In this document: in pieces, positions 9,001 to 18,061 of the stretch
Layout of the letters: the number at the start of each line of letters is the position of its first letter
How positions within the stretch are numbered: the stretch's first letter is position 1
From: a virus
Taxonomy: Duplodnaviria; Caudoviricetes
Length of the DNA stretch: 41,523 bases
Direction: 5' to 3' (one strand)
IMG/VR virus record: IMGVR_UViG_3300022930_000007
Coordinates: 1 to 41,523 of that record
Program-made: the position numbers and the translations under genes
The notes under the pieces: generated by a model
Databases searched by the model: none
Seen by the model: the letters and a program-made list of their open reading frames with translations, nothing else
What the model was told of the DNA's origin: nothing

Positions 9001-10754
9001 TGGAAAACCACACTTTACTTTCAAACCTTGGCATAGAGCTAAAAAATATCAAAACATCTGGTAAATGCCTATGCCCAAAATGCAGCCATACCAGGAAGAA
9101 AAAATCAGATCCATGCTTAAGCGTTGACATTGAAAAAGGAATGTACAATTGTCATAACTGCGGGTGGAAAGGATTCGTTTCTACCGACTCTGAAAAATCT
9201 GCAAAGGTGTACTCAGTTCCAGAATTTAAGAACCGCACAGAGGTGGATAAAAAGACAGTGGACTGGTTTTTCAAACGGGGCATATCTCAACAAACTTTGA
9301 TTGATTTTCAAATTACTCAAAGCTCAGAATGGTTACCGCAAACCCAGTCAAATCGAAACTGCATAAACTTCAATTATTTTAGGTCTGGAAACCTTGTAAA
9401 TATCAAATTTAGGGACGGCAGTAAGAATTTTAAATTAGTTAAGGATGCAGAACTTATATTCTATAACGTAGATTCGATTTTAGATAGCCTACAAGCGATT
9501 ATTTGCGAAGGAGAGATAGATTGTATGTCTTGGCATGAAAGTGGTCTTAAAAACGCTGTATCAGTCCCGAACGGAGCTAGCCAAAATCAGAAATTAGAGT
9601 TCGTCGATAACTGCTGGAAATATTTTCAAGATAAAGAACGGATTTATCTTTCTACGGATAACGATGAAAAGGGAATAAATCTTCGTGATGAATTGGCTAG
9701 AAGATTTGGATTTGAGAAGTGTTATAAGATAGATTTTAAGGAATGCAAAGACGCGAATGAGTACTTAGTTTTATACGGTGCATCAGCATTGGCAGACTTA
9801 CTAAATGATGCAAAACCTTTTCCTTTAGAAGGCGTGTTTACAGTGACCGATGTACATGATAAAATCATGGATATTTACTTCAATGGTTTACCTACTGGAG
9901 ATAAGACAGGAGATAAATTATTAGATGAACATATTGGATTTATGCCAGGGGAGTTAACAATGGTGACAGGTGTTCCATCGCATGGTAAATCAATCTACTT
10001 AGATCAGGTTTCTTTAGGTCTTGCAATTAATTCAGGATGGAGATTTGGAATATGTTCTCCAGAAAGTCACCCTTTAGAGTTTTATTATACCAGGCTTATT
10101 AAGCGTATTGTAGGTAAGAAATTCTCAAGTCACAATATTAACAGGCTTGAATTAGAAAATACTTTAGAGTGGTTGCAAGATAGGTACAACTTAATCTTAC
10201 CATCGGAGGGATTTAGTTTAGACTCCATACTATCAAAAGCAAAGAGTTTAGTTTTACGTAAAGGAATTAAAGGATTAATTATAGATCCTTGGAACAGAAT
10301 CGAAAACACATTACCGAACGGATACAACGAAAACAAGTTTATATCAGAGCAATTACTTAAAATAATTAACTTCGCTAAATCAAGTCAGGTTCATGTATTC
10401 TTAGTTGCACACCCTACTAAAATGCAAAAGGTAATTGGATCAGATAATTATGTAGTTCCAAACCTTTACAGTATATCAGGATCTGCACACTTCTTTAACA
10501 TGACGCAAAATGGAATGACAGTATATCGTAACTATGTAACTGGCATGACTGAGATACACATACAAAAAGTTAAGTGGGAGCATTTAGGTAAGATCGGAAT
10601 GGTCGAATATAAATACAATGAAGAAAACGCTAGGTTTATATCTGATGGTATCGAAGCCGATCAAAGCTGGTTAGTGGATAACTCTAAACAATTACCCATA
10701 CAAAGCGCATTACAACCTAATTATAGTTTCGATGAAGAAACAGCACCCTTTTAA
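9000..10754 (+). CDS. Primase-helicase (Twinkle/T7 gp4-like)
   Basis: Zn finger CPKC...CHNC, Toprim CEGEID/DNDEKG/KDANE, Walker A GVPSHGKS, IIDPWN, LVAHP. Confidence 0.92.
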   Translation: MENHTLLSNLGIELKNIKTSGKCLCPKCSHTRKKKSDPCLSVDIEKGMYNCHNCGWKGFVSTDSEKSAKVYSVPEFKNRTEVDKKTVDWFFKRGISQQTLIDFQITQSSEWLPQTQSNRNCINFNYFRSGNLVNIKFRDGSKNFKLVKDAELIFYNVDSILDSLQAIICEGEIDCMSWHESGLKNAVSVPNGASQNQKLEFVDNCWKYFQDKERIYLSTDNDEKGINLRDELARRFGFEKCYKIDFKECKDANEYLVLYGASALADLLNDAKPFPLEGVFTVTDVHDKIMDIYFNGLPTGDKTGDKLLDEHIGFMPGELTMVTGVPSHGKSIYLDQVSLGLAINSGWRFGICSPESHPLEFYYTRLIKRIVGKKFSSHNINRLELENTLEWLQDRYNLILPSEGFSLDSILSKAKSLVLRKGIKGLIIDPWNRIENTLPNGYNENKFISEQLLKIINFAKSSQVHVFLVAHPTKMQKVIGSDNYVVPNLYSISGSAHFFNMTQNGMTVYRNYVTGMTEIHIQKVKWEHLGKIGMVEYKYNEENARFISDGIEADQSWLVDNSKQLPIQSALQPNYSFDEETAPF

Positions 10755-10763
10755 TAAATCATA

Positions 10764-11105
10764 ATGGAAAAAGAACTAAATTTTGAAATACCAAAACGGA
10801 TGAAGTACAGAAATGTTAAATCCGTAATTGATGGAATAACCTTTGATTCAAAGAAAGAGGCTGCTTATTACGCTAAACTTAAATTGCTTAAATTAGCTGG
10901 CGAAGTAACAGAATACGAATTACAACCTAAGTATTATCTTGTCGTAAATGGCGTTAAATGTGGTTTTTATAAAGCCGATTTTAAAGTTACATGGAAATCA
11001 GGTTTAACCAGGGTAGTTGATGTAAAGGGCATGAAAACATCAGTGTATCAACTTAAGAAGAAATTAGTGAAAGCTATTTATGGAATTGATATTCTTGAAG
11101 TATGA
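10764..11105 (+). CDS. DUF1064 family endonuclease-like protein
   Basis: KYRN...DGITFDSKKEA...ELQP...YKADF...VDVKG. Confidence 0.85.
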   Translation: MEKELNFEIPKRMKYRNVKSVIDGITFDSKKEAAYYAKLKLLKLAGEVTEYELQPKYYLVVNGVKCGFYKADFKVTWKSGLTRVVDVKGMKTSVYQLKKKLVKAIYGIDILEV

Positions 11106-11151
11106 TTTGGTACGTTAAACATTATGGCCGCCCAGAAGTAATGCAGATAGC

Positions 11152-11201
11152 TATAACAAAAATGTTACAAAGTGGTAAAGTATAATTAGGTAATTTTGGA
11201 T
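11152..11201 (+). promoter_or_regulatory. Palindromic operator-like site plus promoter
   Basis: TATAAC-AAAAAT-GTTACA (11152-11169); TAATTTTG (11191-11198) 3 nt before ATG 11202. Confidence 0.55.
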
Positions 11202-11372
11202 ATGAAAGGATTTAACATCGGAAGCCAAAACTCTGAAAGAATTATTAATATTGGATCAGAAGAAAGAATTAAAGAGCTTGAGCAACAAGTTAGCGTTTTA
11301 GAAACGGCATTAATAATAGCAAATGATAGGCTAAAAGATTACATAGAACAAAATGAAGATAACCACAATTGA
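11202..11372 (+). CDS. 56-aa coiled-coil protein (not in ORF track)
   Basis: MKGFNIGSQNSERIINIG...ERIKELEQQV. Confidence 0.55.
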   Translation: MKGFNIGSQNSERIINIGSEERIKELEQQVSVLETALIIANDRLKDYIEQNEDNHN

Positions 11373-11487
11373 TAATAAAGTTTATGAATGCGTAATGGTA
11401 GATTTCTACATTGGATATGTTTTAATAATAGCAAAAGAAGGTGAACTGAGAATAGATATATCCAATATAAACTTTATAACCGAATAA
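11353..11487 (+). CDS. 44-aa hypothetical protein (not in ORF track)
   Basis: MKITTIDNKVYECV...; ends 2 nt before the next ATG. Confidence 0.5.
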   Translation: MKITTIDNKVYECVMVDFYIGYVLIIAKEGELRIDISNINFITE

Positions 11488-11488
11488 C

Positions 11489-11740
11489 ATGAAAACACTA
11501 ATCTTATTCCTCCTACTAGCTCTCGCCTCATGCAGCAAGGACACCACACAACCAGAATCATACTACCCAAAGAAAGGCGATACTCAAAAGTCTGTTATAG
11601 ATCATTGGGGGATTACTAAAGAGGTGGTTAAGTTCTCCAAATCGTTTAACGATGATGGTGATTATACCTATCAGGAACATAATACAGTAGTCAGGATAAT
11701 TTCTGCTAGGGTGGATAAGGTTAGTAAGATAAAAGATTAG
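11489..11740 (+). CDS. Small lipoprotein
   Basis: Signal II MKTLILFLLLALAS-C, then SKD. Confidence 0.8.
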   Translation: MKTLILFLLLALASCSKDTTQPESYYPKKGDTQKSVIDHWGITKEVVKFSKSFNDDGDYTYQEHNTVVRIISARVDKVSKIKD

Positions 11741-11748
11741 TATATTTG
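11741..11748 (+). promoter_or_regulatory. Bacteroidota -7 promoter box for the terminase genes
   Basis: TATATTTG 17 nt upstream of the terS ATG. Confidence 0.55.
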
Positions 11749-11765
11749 GTTTACAATACTTTACA

Positions 11766-12200
11766 ATGACTGAACAGAAGAAAAGATTTGCTGATAGATA
11801 TTTTGAGACTCTAAATGGTTCTCAATCAGCTATTTATGCGGGTTATTCTGAGAAAACAGCTAGGCAAATAGCGCATAACTTATTGCAAGAGCCGGAGGTA
11901 GAAGAGTATATTAGTGAATTAAGAGCTTCCTATCAAGAGAAATCAGGTATAAATAAAGATTGGATTATAGAAAGATTCAAGGAAATATCTGATAGATGTG
12001 TTCAAGAGATTGATCCGATTACAACGCATGGTATGCCTACTGGTGAATATAAATTCGACTCCGCAGGGGCTAACAAAGCAACTGAAATGCTAGGTAAGAT
12101 TATTGGCGTGTTTGAAAAGGATAACGATCAGTCTAAACCTAAAACAACTAACATCATTAATCTAGGGGGAGGCGTTAAACCCGATGAATCTACTACCTAA
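11766..12200 (+). CDS. terS: Terminase small subunit
   Basis: QKKRFADRY...NGSQSAIYAGYSEKTA...ATEMLGKIIGVF. Confidence 0.92.
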   Translation: MTEQKKRFADRYFETLNGSQSAIYAGYSEKTARQIAHNLLQEPEVEEYISELRASYQEKSGINKDWIIERFKEISDRCVQEIDPITTHGMPTGEYKFDSAGANKATEMLGKIIGVFEKDNDQSKPKTTNIINLGGGVKPDESTT

Positions 12201-13491
12201 GCAAGAGAATGCAATCTACTATCTTAAAGACGATGTTACCGAGGAATTGCTTTATGGAGGTGCTGCTGGAGGTGGAAAGAGCGCATTAGGTTGTCTTTGG
12301 TTAATTGAGAACTGCCAAACTTACCCAGGATCAAGATGGGTTATGGGTAGATCGAAATTAAAGACGCTTAAAGAAACAACGCTTGCTACATTCTTTGAAT
12401 TAACATCTAAGTTGGGGGTATGGGATGATTTTCATTATAACGACAATAAAGGATTAATTACTTATAAGCCTAATGGCAGTCAAATAATACTTAAAGACCT
12501 ATTCTTATACCCTTCAGATCCTAACTTTGATAGTTTAGGTTCATTAGAGATTACAGGCGCATTTGTAGATGAATGCAACCAGATCGTTTATAAGGCATGG
12601 CAAGTATTAAAGTCCAGGATAAGGTATAAATTAACTGAGTTCGCTTTAATCCCTAAAATGCTAGGATCTTGTAACCCTGCTAAGAATTACGTTTACACCT
12701 ATTTCTATAAACCATCAAAGGATGCAACCTTACCTATCTACAGGCGTTTCATTCAGGCTTTACCGACAGATAACCCTAATCTGCATCCATCTTACTTACA
12801 ATCGCTTCTAAGGCTTGATAAGAACAGCAAACAAAGGTTGTATTATGGTGATTGGGAATATGATGATGATCCGGCAGCGTTAATGACTATCGATGAGATT
12901 AACGATATATTCACTAATACATTCGTAGCGTCCGGTAAAAAGTATATAACAGCGGATATAGCCCGTTTTGGTGCAGATAGTACTATGATTGGTTACTGGA
13001 ACGGATTAAGACTTGAAAAGGTTATTGAGCTTAAAAAGAAATCAACAACATGGGTTTCATCTGAGATAAGAGAACTTGCTAAAGCGTTAGATGTCCCTAT
13101 GAGTCAGGTTATAGTCGATGAAGATGGTGTAGGTGGTGGAGTAGTAGATCAGTTGGGCTGTAAAGGATTTGTAAACAATTCTAGCCCGTTGTATGGCGAG
13201 AACTTCGAGAACCTTAAAACACAATGTAGCTATAAGCTGGCAGAGATTGTAAAGGCAGCATTACTATACGTTGGCATCAGTGACACTGACATAATCGCTA
13301 AGTTAATTGAAGAACTTGAGCAAGTTAAGCAGCGCGATATGGATAAGGATGGTAAGAAAAAGATAGTATCTAAAGATAAGATCAAAGAATTGTTAGGACG
13401 TTCTCCAGATGTATGTGATATGGTAATGATGAGAATGTATTTTGAGATAAAGAAATTTGTTAACACAGATAATGATTTCTTTGCAGGATAA
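12184..13491 (+). CDS. terL: Terminase large subunit
   Basis: Walker A YGGAAGGGKS, Walker B FVDE, SCNP, nuclease DIARFG.D and SPD. Confidence 0.95.
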   Translation: MNLLPKQENAIYYLKDDVTEELLYGGAAGGGKSALGCLWLIENCQTYPGSRWVMGRSKLKTLKETTLATFFELTSKLGVWDDFHYNDNKGLITYKPNGSQIILKDLFLYPSDPNFDSLGSLEITGAFVDECNQIVYKAWQVLKSRIRYKLTEFALIPKMLGSCNPAKNYVYTYFYKPSKDATLPIYRRFIQALPTDNPNLHPSYLQSLLRLDKNSKQRLYYGDWEYDDDPAALMTIDEINDIFTNTFVASGKKYITADIARFGADSTMIGYWNGLRLEKVIELKKKSTTWVSSEIRELAKALDVPMSQVIVDEDGVGGGVVDQLGCKGFVNNSSPLYGENFENLKTQCSYKLAEIVKAALLYVGISDTDIIAKLIEELEQVKQRDMDKDGKKKIVSKDKIKELLGRSPDVCDMVMMRMYFEIKKFVNTDNDFFAG

Positions 13492-13496
13492 AGTAT

Positions 13497-13532
13497 ATTG
13501 CACTATTCTAATTTATTCACTACTTTTGGATT
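13497..13532 (+). promoter_or_regulatory. Portal promoter
   Basis: ATTG-N20-TACTTTTG, then 4 nt, then ATG 13533. Confidence 0.6.
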
Positions 13533-14900
13533 ATGCAAATAAAAAAGGGCCTACAAGTAATGTTTGGCAAAACGATTCAATCAATAGGCAAGGCTTATCC
13601 AAATTTAGGCGCAGGGTTTCCGTTAGTATTCGGAAAGAAATTTGCATTATCAATCGCTGGCAATGATGCTTATAACAATAAGATATTCTATGCAGCAACT
13701 AACATACTCGTATCAAAGCTAACAGAAGCACCTATAATGTTCTCGCAGAACAAATCTAAGGCATCTAAGGCGCTATTAAATCATTTCTACAGTAAATCTA
13801 TAAGCAACGAGAAAAGAATCGCTCTAAAGGCTTTAAATTTAGAAGAGGTAGAAAACCATGAACTGAATAAGTTATTCGATAACCCTAACTCATACCAATC
13901 TGGAATAGAAATGATGCAGGACTTCTGGCATCAGTATACATTTGGGGATGGGTACTTGTATTTTGAGCCTATTGGCGATACGTTAAGCCGGAATAAGAAA
14001 CCTGTAGCTGTTCATTCATTAAGCCGAAATAGAGTTGAACCTATACAGTCAATGGATAATTTCGATAATATATCTCACTATGTATTTACCGCTTGGAATG
14101 GAACGCAGATTAGGATAGAGAAAGAATACATATTACACCTTAAACATTGGAATCCAAATATAGCCAGTTTAAAGGGGCTAGGAGTTGATGAAGTAGCATC
14201 TATTGATGTTAACCTTAACAGGCAAAATAATTTAATGCAAGGATCCGCATTCGTTAACGGTGGTAGGGGAACTTTGTTTAGTTCTGATAGCACAATCACA
14301 GCAGATGGTGAGCAGATTAAGAAGATGACTGCCGCCCAAATGTCCTCGCTTAAAGAAACGATGATGCGAGATTACCAGGGCGCAGAGAACTATAAGAAGA
14401 TGCACTTTACTAATGGATTGGTAAATGCTCAGAACTTTGGTGATACATTGATCGAAACAGACGCTATAAACGCAGAAGATTCTAACTGGAAGAATATTTA
14501 CACTATTGTTGGTGTACCTGTTGCGTTATGTCCAGCAGCAACTAGCTTTAGTGAGAATAGCGTTATTGTGGGCTTTAAGTCTTTAGTAACGAATAAAGTT
14601 ATACCTGAATTAAGAAAGTATGACCAAAAACTAAACAAAACAATCCAACAATGGTGGCCGGATATAATCGCTTGCCATGATTTAACCGAGTTTTCAGAGC
14701 TTGCACCTGACTTGAAGCTAATGAAAGAGGTTTATGGTCAGCCATTGCTTAGGGTTAATGAGCAACGTTCTATATTCGGATGGGATGATTTAGAAGGAGA
14801 GGAAGGTAAAGCGATATTAGTTGCATCAGGGTTTATGAAGCTGGAGGATTTATTAGGGGGTGAGTTTGATGGGTTAGATCCTAGTGATGAGGAGTTATAA
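13533..14900 (+). CDS. Portal protein (HK97-like)
   Basis: NPNSYQSG, FGDGY, ILHLKHWNP, GVP, VNEQRSIFG; follows terL. Confidence 0.9.
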   Translation: MQIKKGLQVMFGKTIQSIGKAYPNLGAGFPLVFGKKFALSIAGNDAYNNKIFYAATNILVSKLTEAPIMFSQNKSKASKALLNHFYSKSISNEKRIALKALNLEEVENHELNKLFDNPNSYQSGIEMMQDFWHQYTFGDGYLYFEPIGDTLSRNKKPVAVHSLSRNRVEPIQSMDNFDNISHYVFTAWNGTQIRIEKEYILHLKHWNPNIASLKGLGVDEVASIDVNLNRQNNLMQGSAFVNGGRGTLFSSDSTITADGEQIKKMTAAQMSSLKETMMRDYQGAENYKKMHFTNGLVNAQNFGDTLIETDAINAEDSNWKNIYTIVGVPVALCPAATSFSENSVIVGFKSLVTNKVIPELRKYDQKLNKTIQQWWPDIIACHDLTEFSELAPDLKLMKEVYGQPLLRVNEQRSIFGWDDLEGEEGKAILVASGFMKLEDLLGGEFDGLDPSDEEL

Positions 14901-15122
14901 ACTTGTCTGCTTAGATATTTTACACCAATCAGCACCATCCATTTCACAATTGTTCAAGAAAAACCAAACCCCATTATCATTAGTTGCATATATATGCCAA
15001 GAATCTTCGTGTAAATCTTGCATTAAGCCGTAATCGTATTCTATTTCTTTGTGATGATTACCTTTTAATGCAAGAAGTTTTATGTTTTTCCTTGATATAT
15101 AAGTTTTATGTATGTCTTTCAT
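14895..15122 (-). CDS. Hypothetical protein (antisense island 1)
   Basis: ORF track; convergent with the portal gene. Confidence 0.6.
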   Translation of the reverse strand: MKDIHKTYISRKNIKLLALKGNHHKEIEYDYGLMQDLHEDSWHIYATNDNGVWFFLNNCEMDGADWCKISKQTSL

Positions 15123-15144
15123 TATTATTAATTATTTACATTTT

Positions 15145-15252
15145 ATGACCGTAACCCTAGATGCTACCGATTTAATTGAGGCTTATCTAAAAGGCATGGA
15201 GGATGCTACTTTATTGTTGGTGGAGTTAAACACCCTAACCGATGATGATTAG
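15145..15252 (+). CDS. 35-aa acidic peptide (not in ORF track)
   Basis: MTVTLDATDLIEAYLKGMEDATLLLVELNTLTDDD; CACCCTAA/TTAGGGTG hairpin over its stop. Confidence 0.4.
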   Translation: MTVTLDATDLIEAYLKGMEDATLLLVELNTLTDDD

Positions 15253-15263
15253 GGTGAATGGAA

Positions 15264-15518
15264 CTAAATTAGTTCAATAAGCTCGGATGCTGTGATTTCC
15301 TGTTGAGAACACCATACCTTAAATTGCGATTTAACGGATTCAACGTAATCATTATTTGATCTTAATCTGTCAGCATTAAGTACATTCCTTTTCTCAAGAA
15401 TCTTGATTAGCCTAGCATTATGTTCAACATCTTCCTCTAATTCTAAATTAGTTAACTCTTGTTCTTGCAACCATTTATAATGGCCTTTAATGTAATTAGC
15501 GTTTACTTCGTCTATCAT
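15264..15518 (-). CDS. Coiled-coil hypothetical protein (antisense island 1)
   Basis: ORF track; minus-strand TATATTTG promoter at 15550-15543. Confidence 0.65.
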   Translation of the reverse strand: MIDEVNANYIKGHYKWLQEQELTNLELEEDVEHNARLIKILEKRNVLNADRLRSNNDYVESVKSQFKVWCSQQEITASELIELI

Positions 15519-15542
15519 ATTCTATTCATTTTAAGTATACCC

Positions 15543-15589
15543 CAAATATACCCCTAATTCCTTATCTTTGATGTAACAACTCTGATACA
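15543..15589. promoter_or_regulatory. Back-to-back promoters plus operator
   Basis: Minus TATATTTG 15550-15543; plus TATCTTTG 15563-15570; TGTAAC-AACTCT-GATACA 15572-15589. Confidence 0.7.
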
Positions 15590-16443
15590 TGCCAACAAAA
15601 GCCAGACCATCCGCAGTAATCCAACTTTTACGACAAGAGCGTATAGATTTCGCTAAATTTCATAAAAATGCGGAGAAACAGATATTACCTATAGTTCGTA
15701 AGGCATTAAAGAAGTCGATAGCACCCGTTCTTACTTGGGTAGAAGGTAATGATGTGTATAATGTTCCTGTTGCTATGCTTATAGATCAGAATGTATGGCG
15801 TGATATGTACCTTAAGATATTTCAGCAGATCGGAATGAGTATGGCTAGGAAAGAGTATTACTACCAACGCAGGATTGAAGGTGGAGCGACTAAAGCTAGT
15901 GCGATAGAGTTTCTTATTGATGTGTGGAGTACAACGCTTAGGGATTATGCTTTGACTTATACTTATAAGATCCAACGGGAATTAAACGATAGGACAATAG
16001 AGATACTAACACGTGCATTAGGTGAAGATTACTCGTTAGGGATTGATAGGTTAGGCAGGACTAGGTTATTTGAGAAAACGGTTAATGGGCTGTTTAAAAG
16101 TAGGGGGTTGACTATATCGAGAACCGAAGCGACGACTGTAGCGAATCTCGGTAAAGAGATTGGCGCTCGTAGTTGGATAGATGAACAAGGTGGGGGAGGT
16201 TATAAGGCTTGGTTAGGTAGGAATGATGAGCGTGAAAGGGAGTCGCATAGAGAAGAAAACAATATTATCATTCCTATAGATGATTTTCATATCGTTGGAG
16301 GTGAACAATGTCGATGCCCTGGCGATGTTAACTTATCTGCTAAGCAAAGAATTTTTTGTAGATGTACCGAGACTTATATGTCGCAGAATAGGTATTCCCA
16401 ATATGAGAAACGAGGCAGAATTGTTAATGGGAGAATTGTATAA
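15589..16443 (+). CDS. MuF/SPP1 gp7-like minor head protein
   Basis: TISRTE, KAW...DERERESH, CPGD, CRC. Confidence 0.88.
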   Translation: MPTKARPSAVIQLLRQERIDFAKFHKNAEKQILPIVRKALKKSIAPVLTWVEGNDVYNVPVAMLIDQNVWRDMYLKIFQQIGMSMARKEYYYQRRIEGGATKASAIEFLIDVWSTTLRDYALTYTYKIQRELNDRTIEILTRALGEDYSLGIDRLGRTRLFEKTVNGLFKSRGLTISRTEATTVANLGKEIGARSWIDEQGGGGYKAWLGRNDERERESHREENNIIIPIDDFHIVGGEQCRCPGDVNLSAKQRIFCRCTETYMSQNRYSQYEKRGRIVNGRIV

Positions 16444-16475
16444 AAAAGCTTATACCAAGTTAATGATATAAGCTA
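16442..16475 (-). terminator. Intrinsic terminator for the minus-strand island (possibly bidirectional)
   Basis: AGCTTATA...TATAAGCT hairpin preceded by an A-run. Confidence 0.55.
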
Positions 16476-16525
16476 ATAAGGATTTTACCGTACGTCTACA
16501 AAGAGCCCTTAACCTCGCAGTACAA

Positions 16526-16810
16526 TTATAAGAATTTTATATGAGTTATTTTAGCTTTAGGAAACTCTTGGCTTAATAATACTTCTTTGCCATTATCGAA
16601 CCTTAACATTATTTTATCGTAAAGAACTGTGTTTAATAATTTCGCCTGTTCTATAGTTATTTGAGTCCATTCAATCCAAGGGCTAATCCTATTTATCGTC
16701 ATATCTCTATACCATTTAGCGCCAGCAATCCATGTCTCTATTTGATCAGTAGAACTATATTCACTATTATCACGATATCCGTAATCTTCAATTTCTTTAT
16801 CTGTTATCAT
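16526..16810 (-). CDS. Hypothetical protein (antisense island 2; likely start MITDK)
   Basis: ORF track; WIAGAKWYR motif common in small phage proteins. Confidence 0.65.
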   Translation of the reverse strand: MITDKEIEDYGYRDNSEYSSTDQIETWIAGAKWYRDMTINRISPWIEWTQITIEQAKLLNTVLYDKIMLRFDNGKEVLLSQEFPKAKITHIKFL

Positions 16811-16817
16811 TCTAATT

Positions 16818-17066
16818 TTAATTATATAATTCAGATAATAAATCACAATCTGATATGATTTTTATTTCATTATAAGGCTCTCCATCTAATATTATTATAG
16901 CAGTAGCAATATCTAAAAAATTATAAGAATTAGGGTATTTCCTAGCCTGTTTAAGATGTGATTTCAAATTACGAATCTCGCTAAGTGTACTAGCTGGACT
17001 AGCATTAACTTTAAAGTGTATCCCTTTGTTTTTATCTGTAATATAAATTGTATGCCATGTTTCCAT
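16818..17066 (-). CDS. Hypothetical protein (antisense island 2; likely start METWH)
   Basis: ATG 3 nt after minus-strand TATATTTG. Confidence 0.65.
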   Translation of the reverse strand: METWHTIYITDKNKGIHFKVNASPASTLSEIRNLKSHLKQARKYPNSYNFLDIATAIIILDGEPYNEIKIISDCDLLSELYN

Positions 17067-17069
17067 ATT

Positions 17070-17141
17070 CAAATATAGCTAACCACTATTTCTATTTGTG
17101 TAACAATGTTGTTGCATATTCAAATCTATTATTTATATTTG
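17070..17141. promoter_or_regulatory. Divergent promoters plus operator
   Basis: Minus TATATTTG 17077-17070; TGTAAC-AATGTT-GTTGCA 17099-17116 overlapping the -33 box of plus TATATTTG 17134-17141. Confidence 0.7.
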
Positions 17142-17148
17142 CTTTACT

Positions 17149-17265
17149 ATGGATGAGAAATCAAACGAAAAGCTAAAGCAGTTGAAGGATAAAATTAAAG
17201 ATCCTAAGATTGTCAAAGCGATTGAGGATAAGCAAGTCTACATTAATAGAGTCATCAAGAAATAG
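17149..17265 (+). CDS. 38-aa basic peptide (not in ORF track)
   Basis: MDEKSNEKLKQLKDKIKDPKIVKAIEDKQVYINRVIKK; between the promoter and the protease. Confidence 0.55.
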   Translation: MDEKSNEKLKQLKDKIKDPKIVKAIEDKQVYINRVIKK

Positions 17266-17266
17266 C

Positions 17267-18055
17267 ATGAGATTAAACCTACCATCATTCGGAACAAATA
17301 AAGCACTGATTGAATATCTGGTTGCTAACAAATCTGAGTTAATTGATTTAGGTAAATCTGAGATTAAGAAGTTTGTAGATACGCCATGCCATTTAGTTAG
17401 TGATTCTGGATTAGTTTCTAAGGCGCTATCAAGTAGCCAAGATACAGATGAAGTAATTTACCGGACTATTGTAGGTAATACTTACAATTGGATGGATTCT
17501 CATGATGATGTTCATTTAAATGGCATATTTGGGCAGTCTATTAAAGATAAGCAAGGCCGAATCTATCACAGACATGACCATGTTAATCAATTAACGGCTA
17601 AGGTTGGTAAATTCTCCAGAGTATATGAGCAAGTTGTTAATTGGACTGATGTAGGTGTTAATAAAGCAGGGCAAACTATGGCTTTGCTTGGTGATTCAGC
17701 TATTAAAAAAGCGTATAACCAATTAATATTTGATTCTTATAAAGATGGTGAGATAGATCAACACTCAGTCGGTATGCAGTACGTAAAGATCGCATTAGCG
17801 GTAAACGACAAAGAGAATAAAGAGGAATTTGAGACTTGGAATAAATATATAGGTCTTATTGGTAATCAAGAGAAAGCATTAGATAAAGGCTATTTTTGGG
17901 CAGTCAAAGAAGCTAAACTAATTGAAATATCTTGCGTTACAGATGGTTCTAATGAACTAACAGGAATGTACAACCCGCCTATTGGCAGTGTAAATATAGA
18001 CCCGCCCGCGAGCAGTCAAAAAAGCAATTCATTTTTATCACATTTTTTAAATTAA
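17267..18055 (+). CDS. Prohead protease (HK97-like; likely start MRLNLP)
   Basis: DSHDDV, HRHDH, DQHSVG, LIEISCV; precedes the capsid gene. Confidence 0.8.
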   Translation: MRLNLPSFGTNKALIEYLVANKSELIDLGKSEIKKFVDTPCHLVSDSGLVSKALSSSQDTDEVIYRTIVGNTYNWMDSHDDVHLNGIFGQSIKDKQGRIYHRHDHVNQLTAKVGKFSRVYEQVVNWTDVGVNKAGQTMALLGDSAIKKAYNQLIFDSYKDGEIDQHSVGMQYVKIALAVNDKENKEEFETWNKYIGLIGNQEKALDKGYFWAVKEAKLIEISCVTDGSNELTGMYNPPIGSVNIDPPASSQKSNSFLSHFLN

Positions 18056-18061
18056 ACAAAC

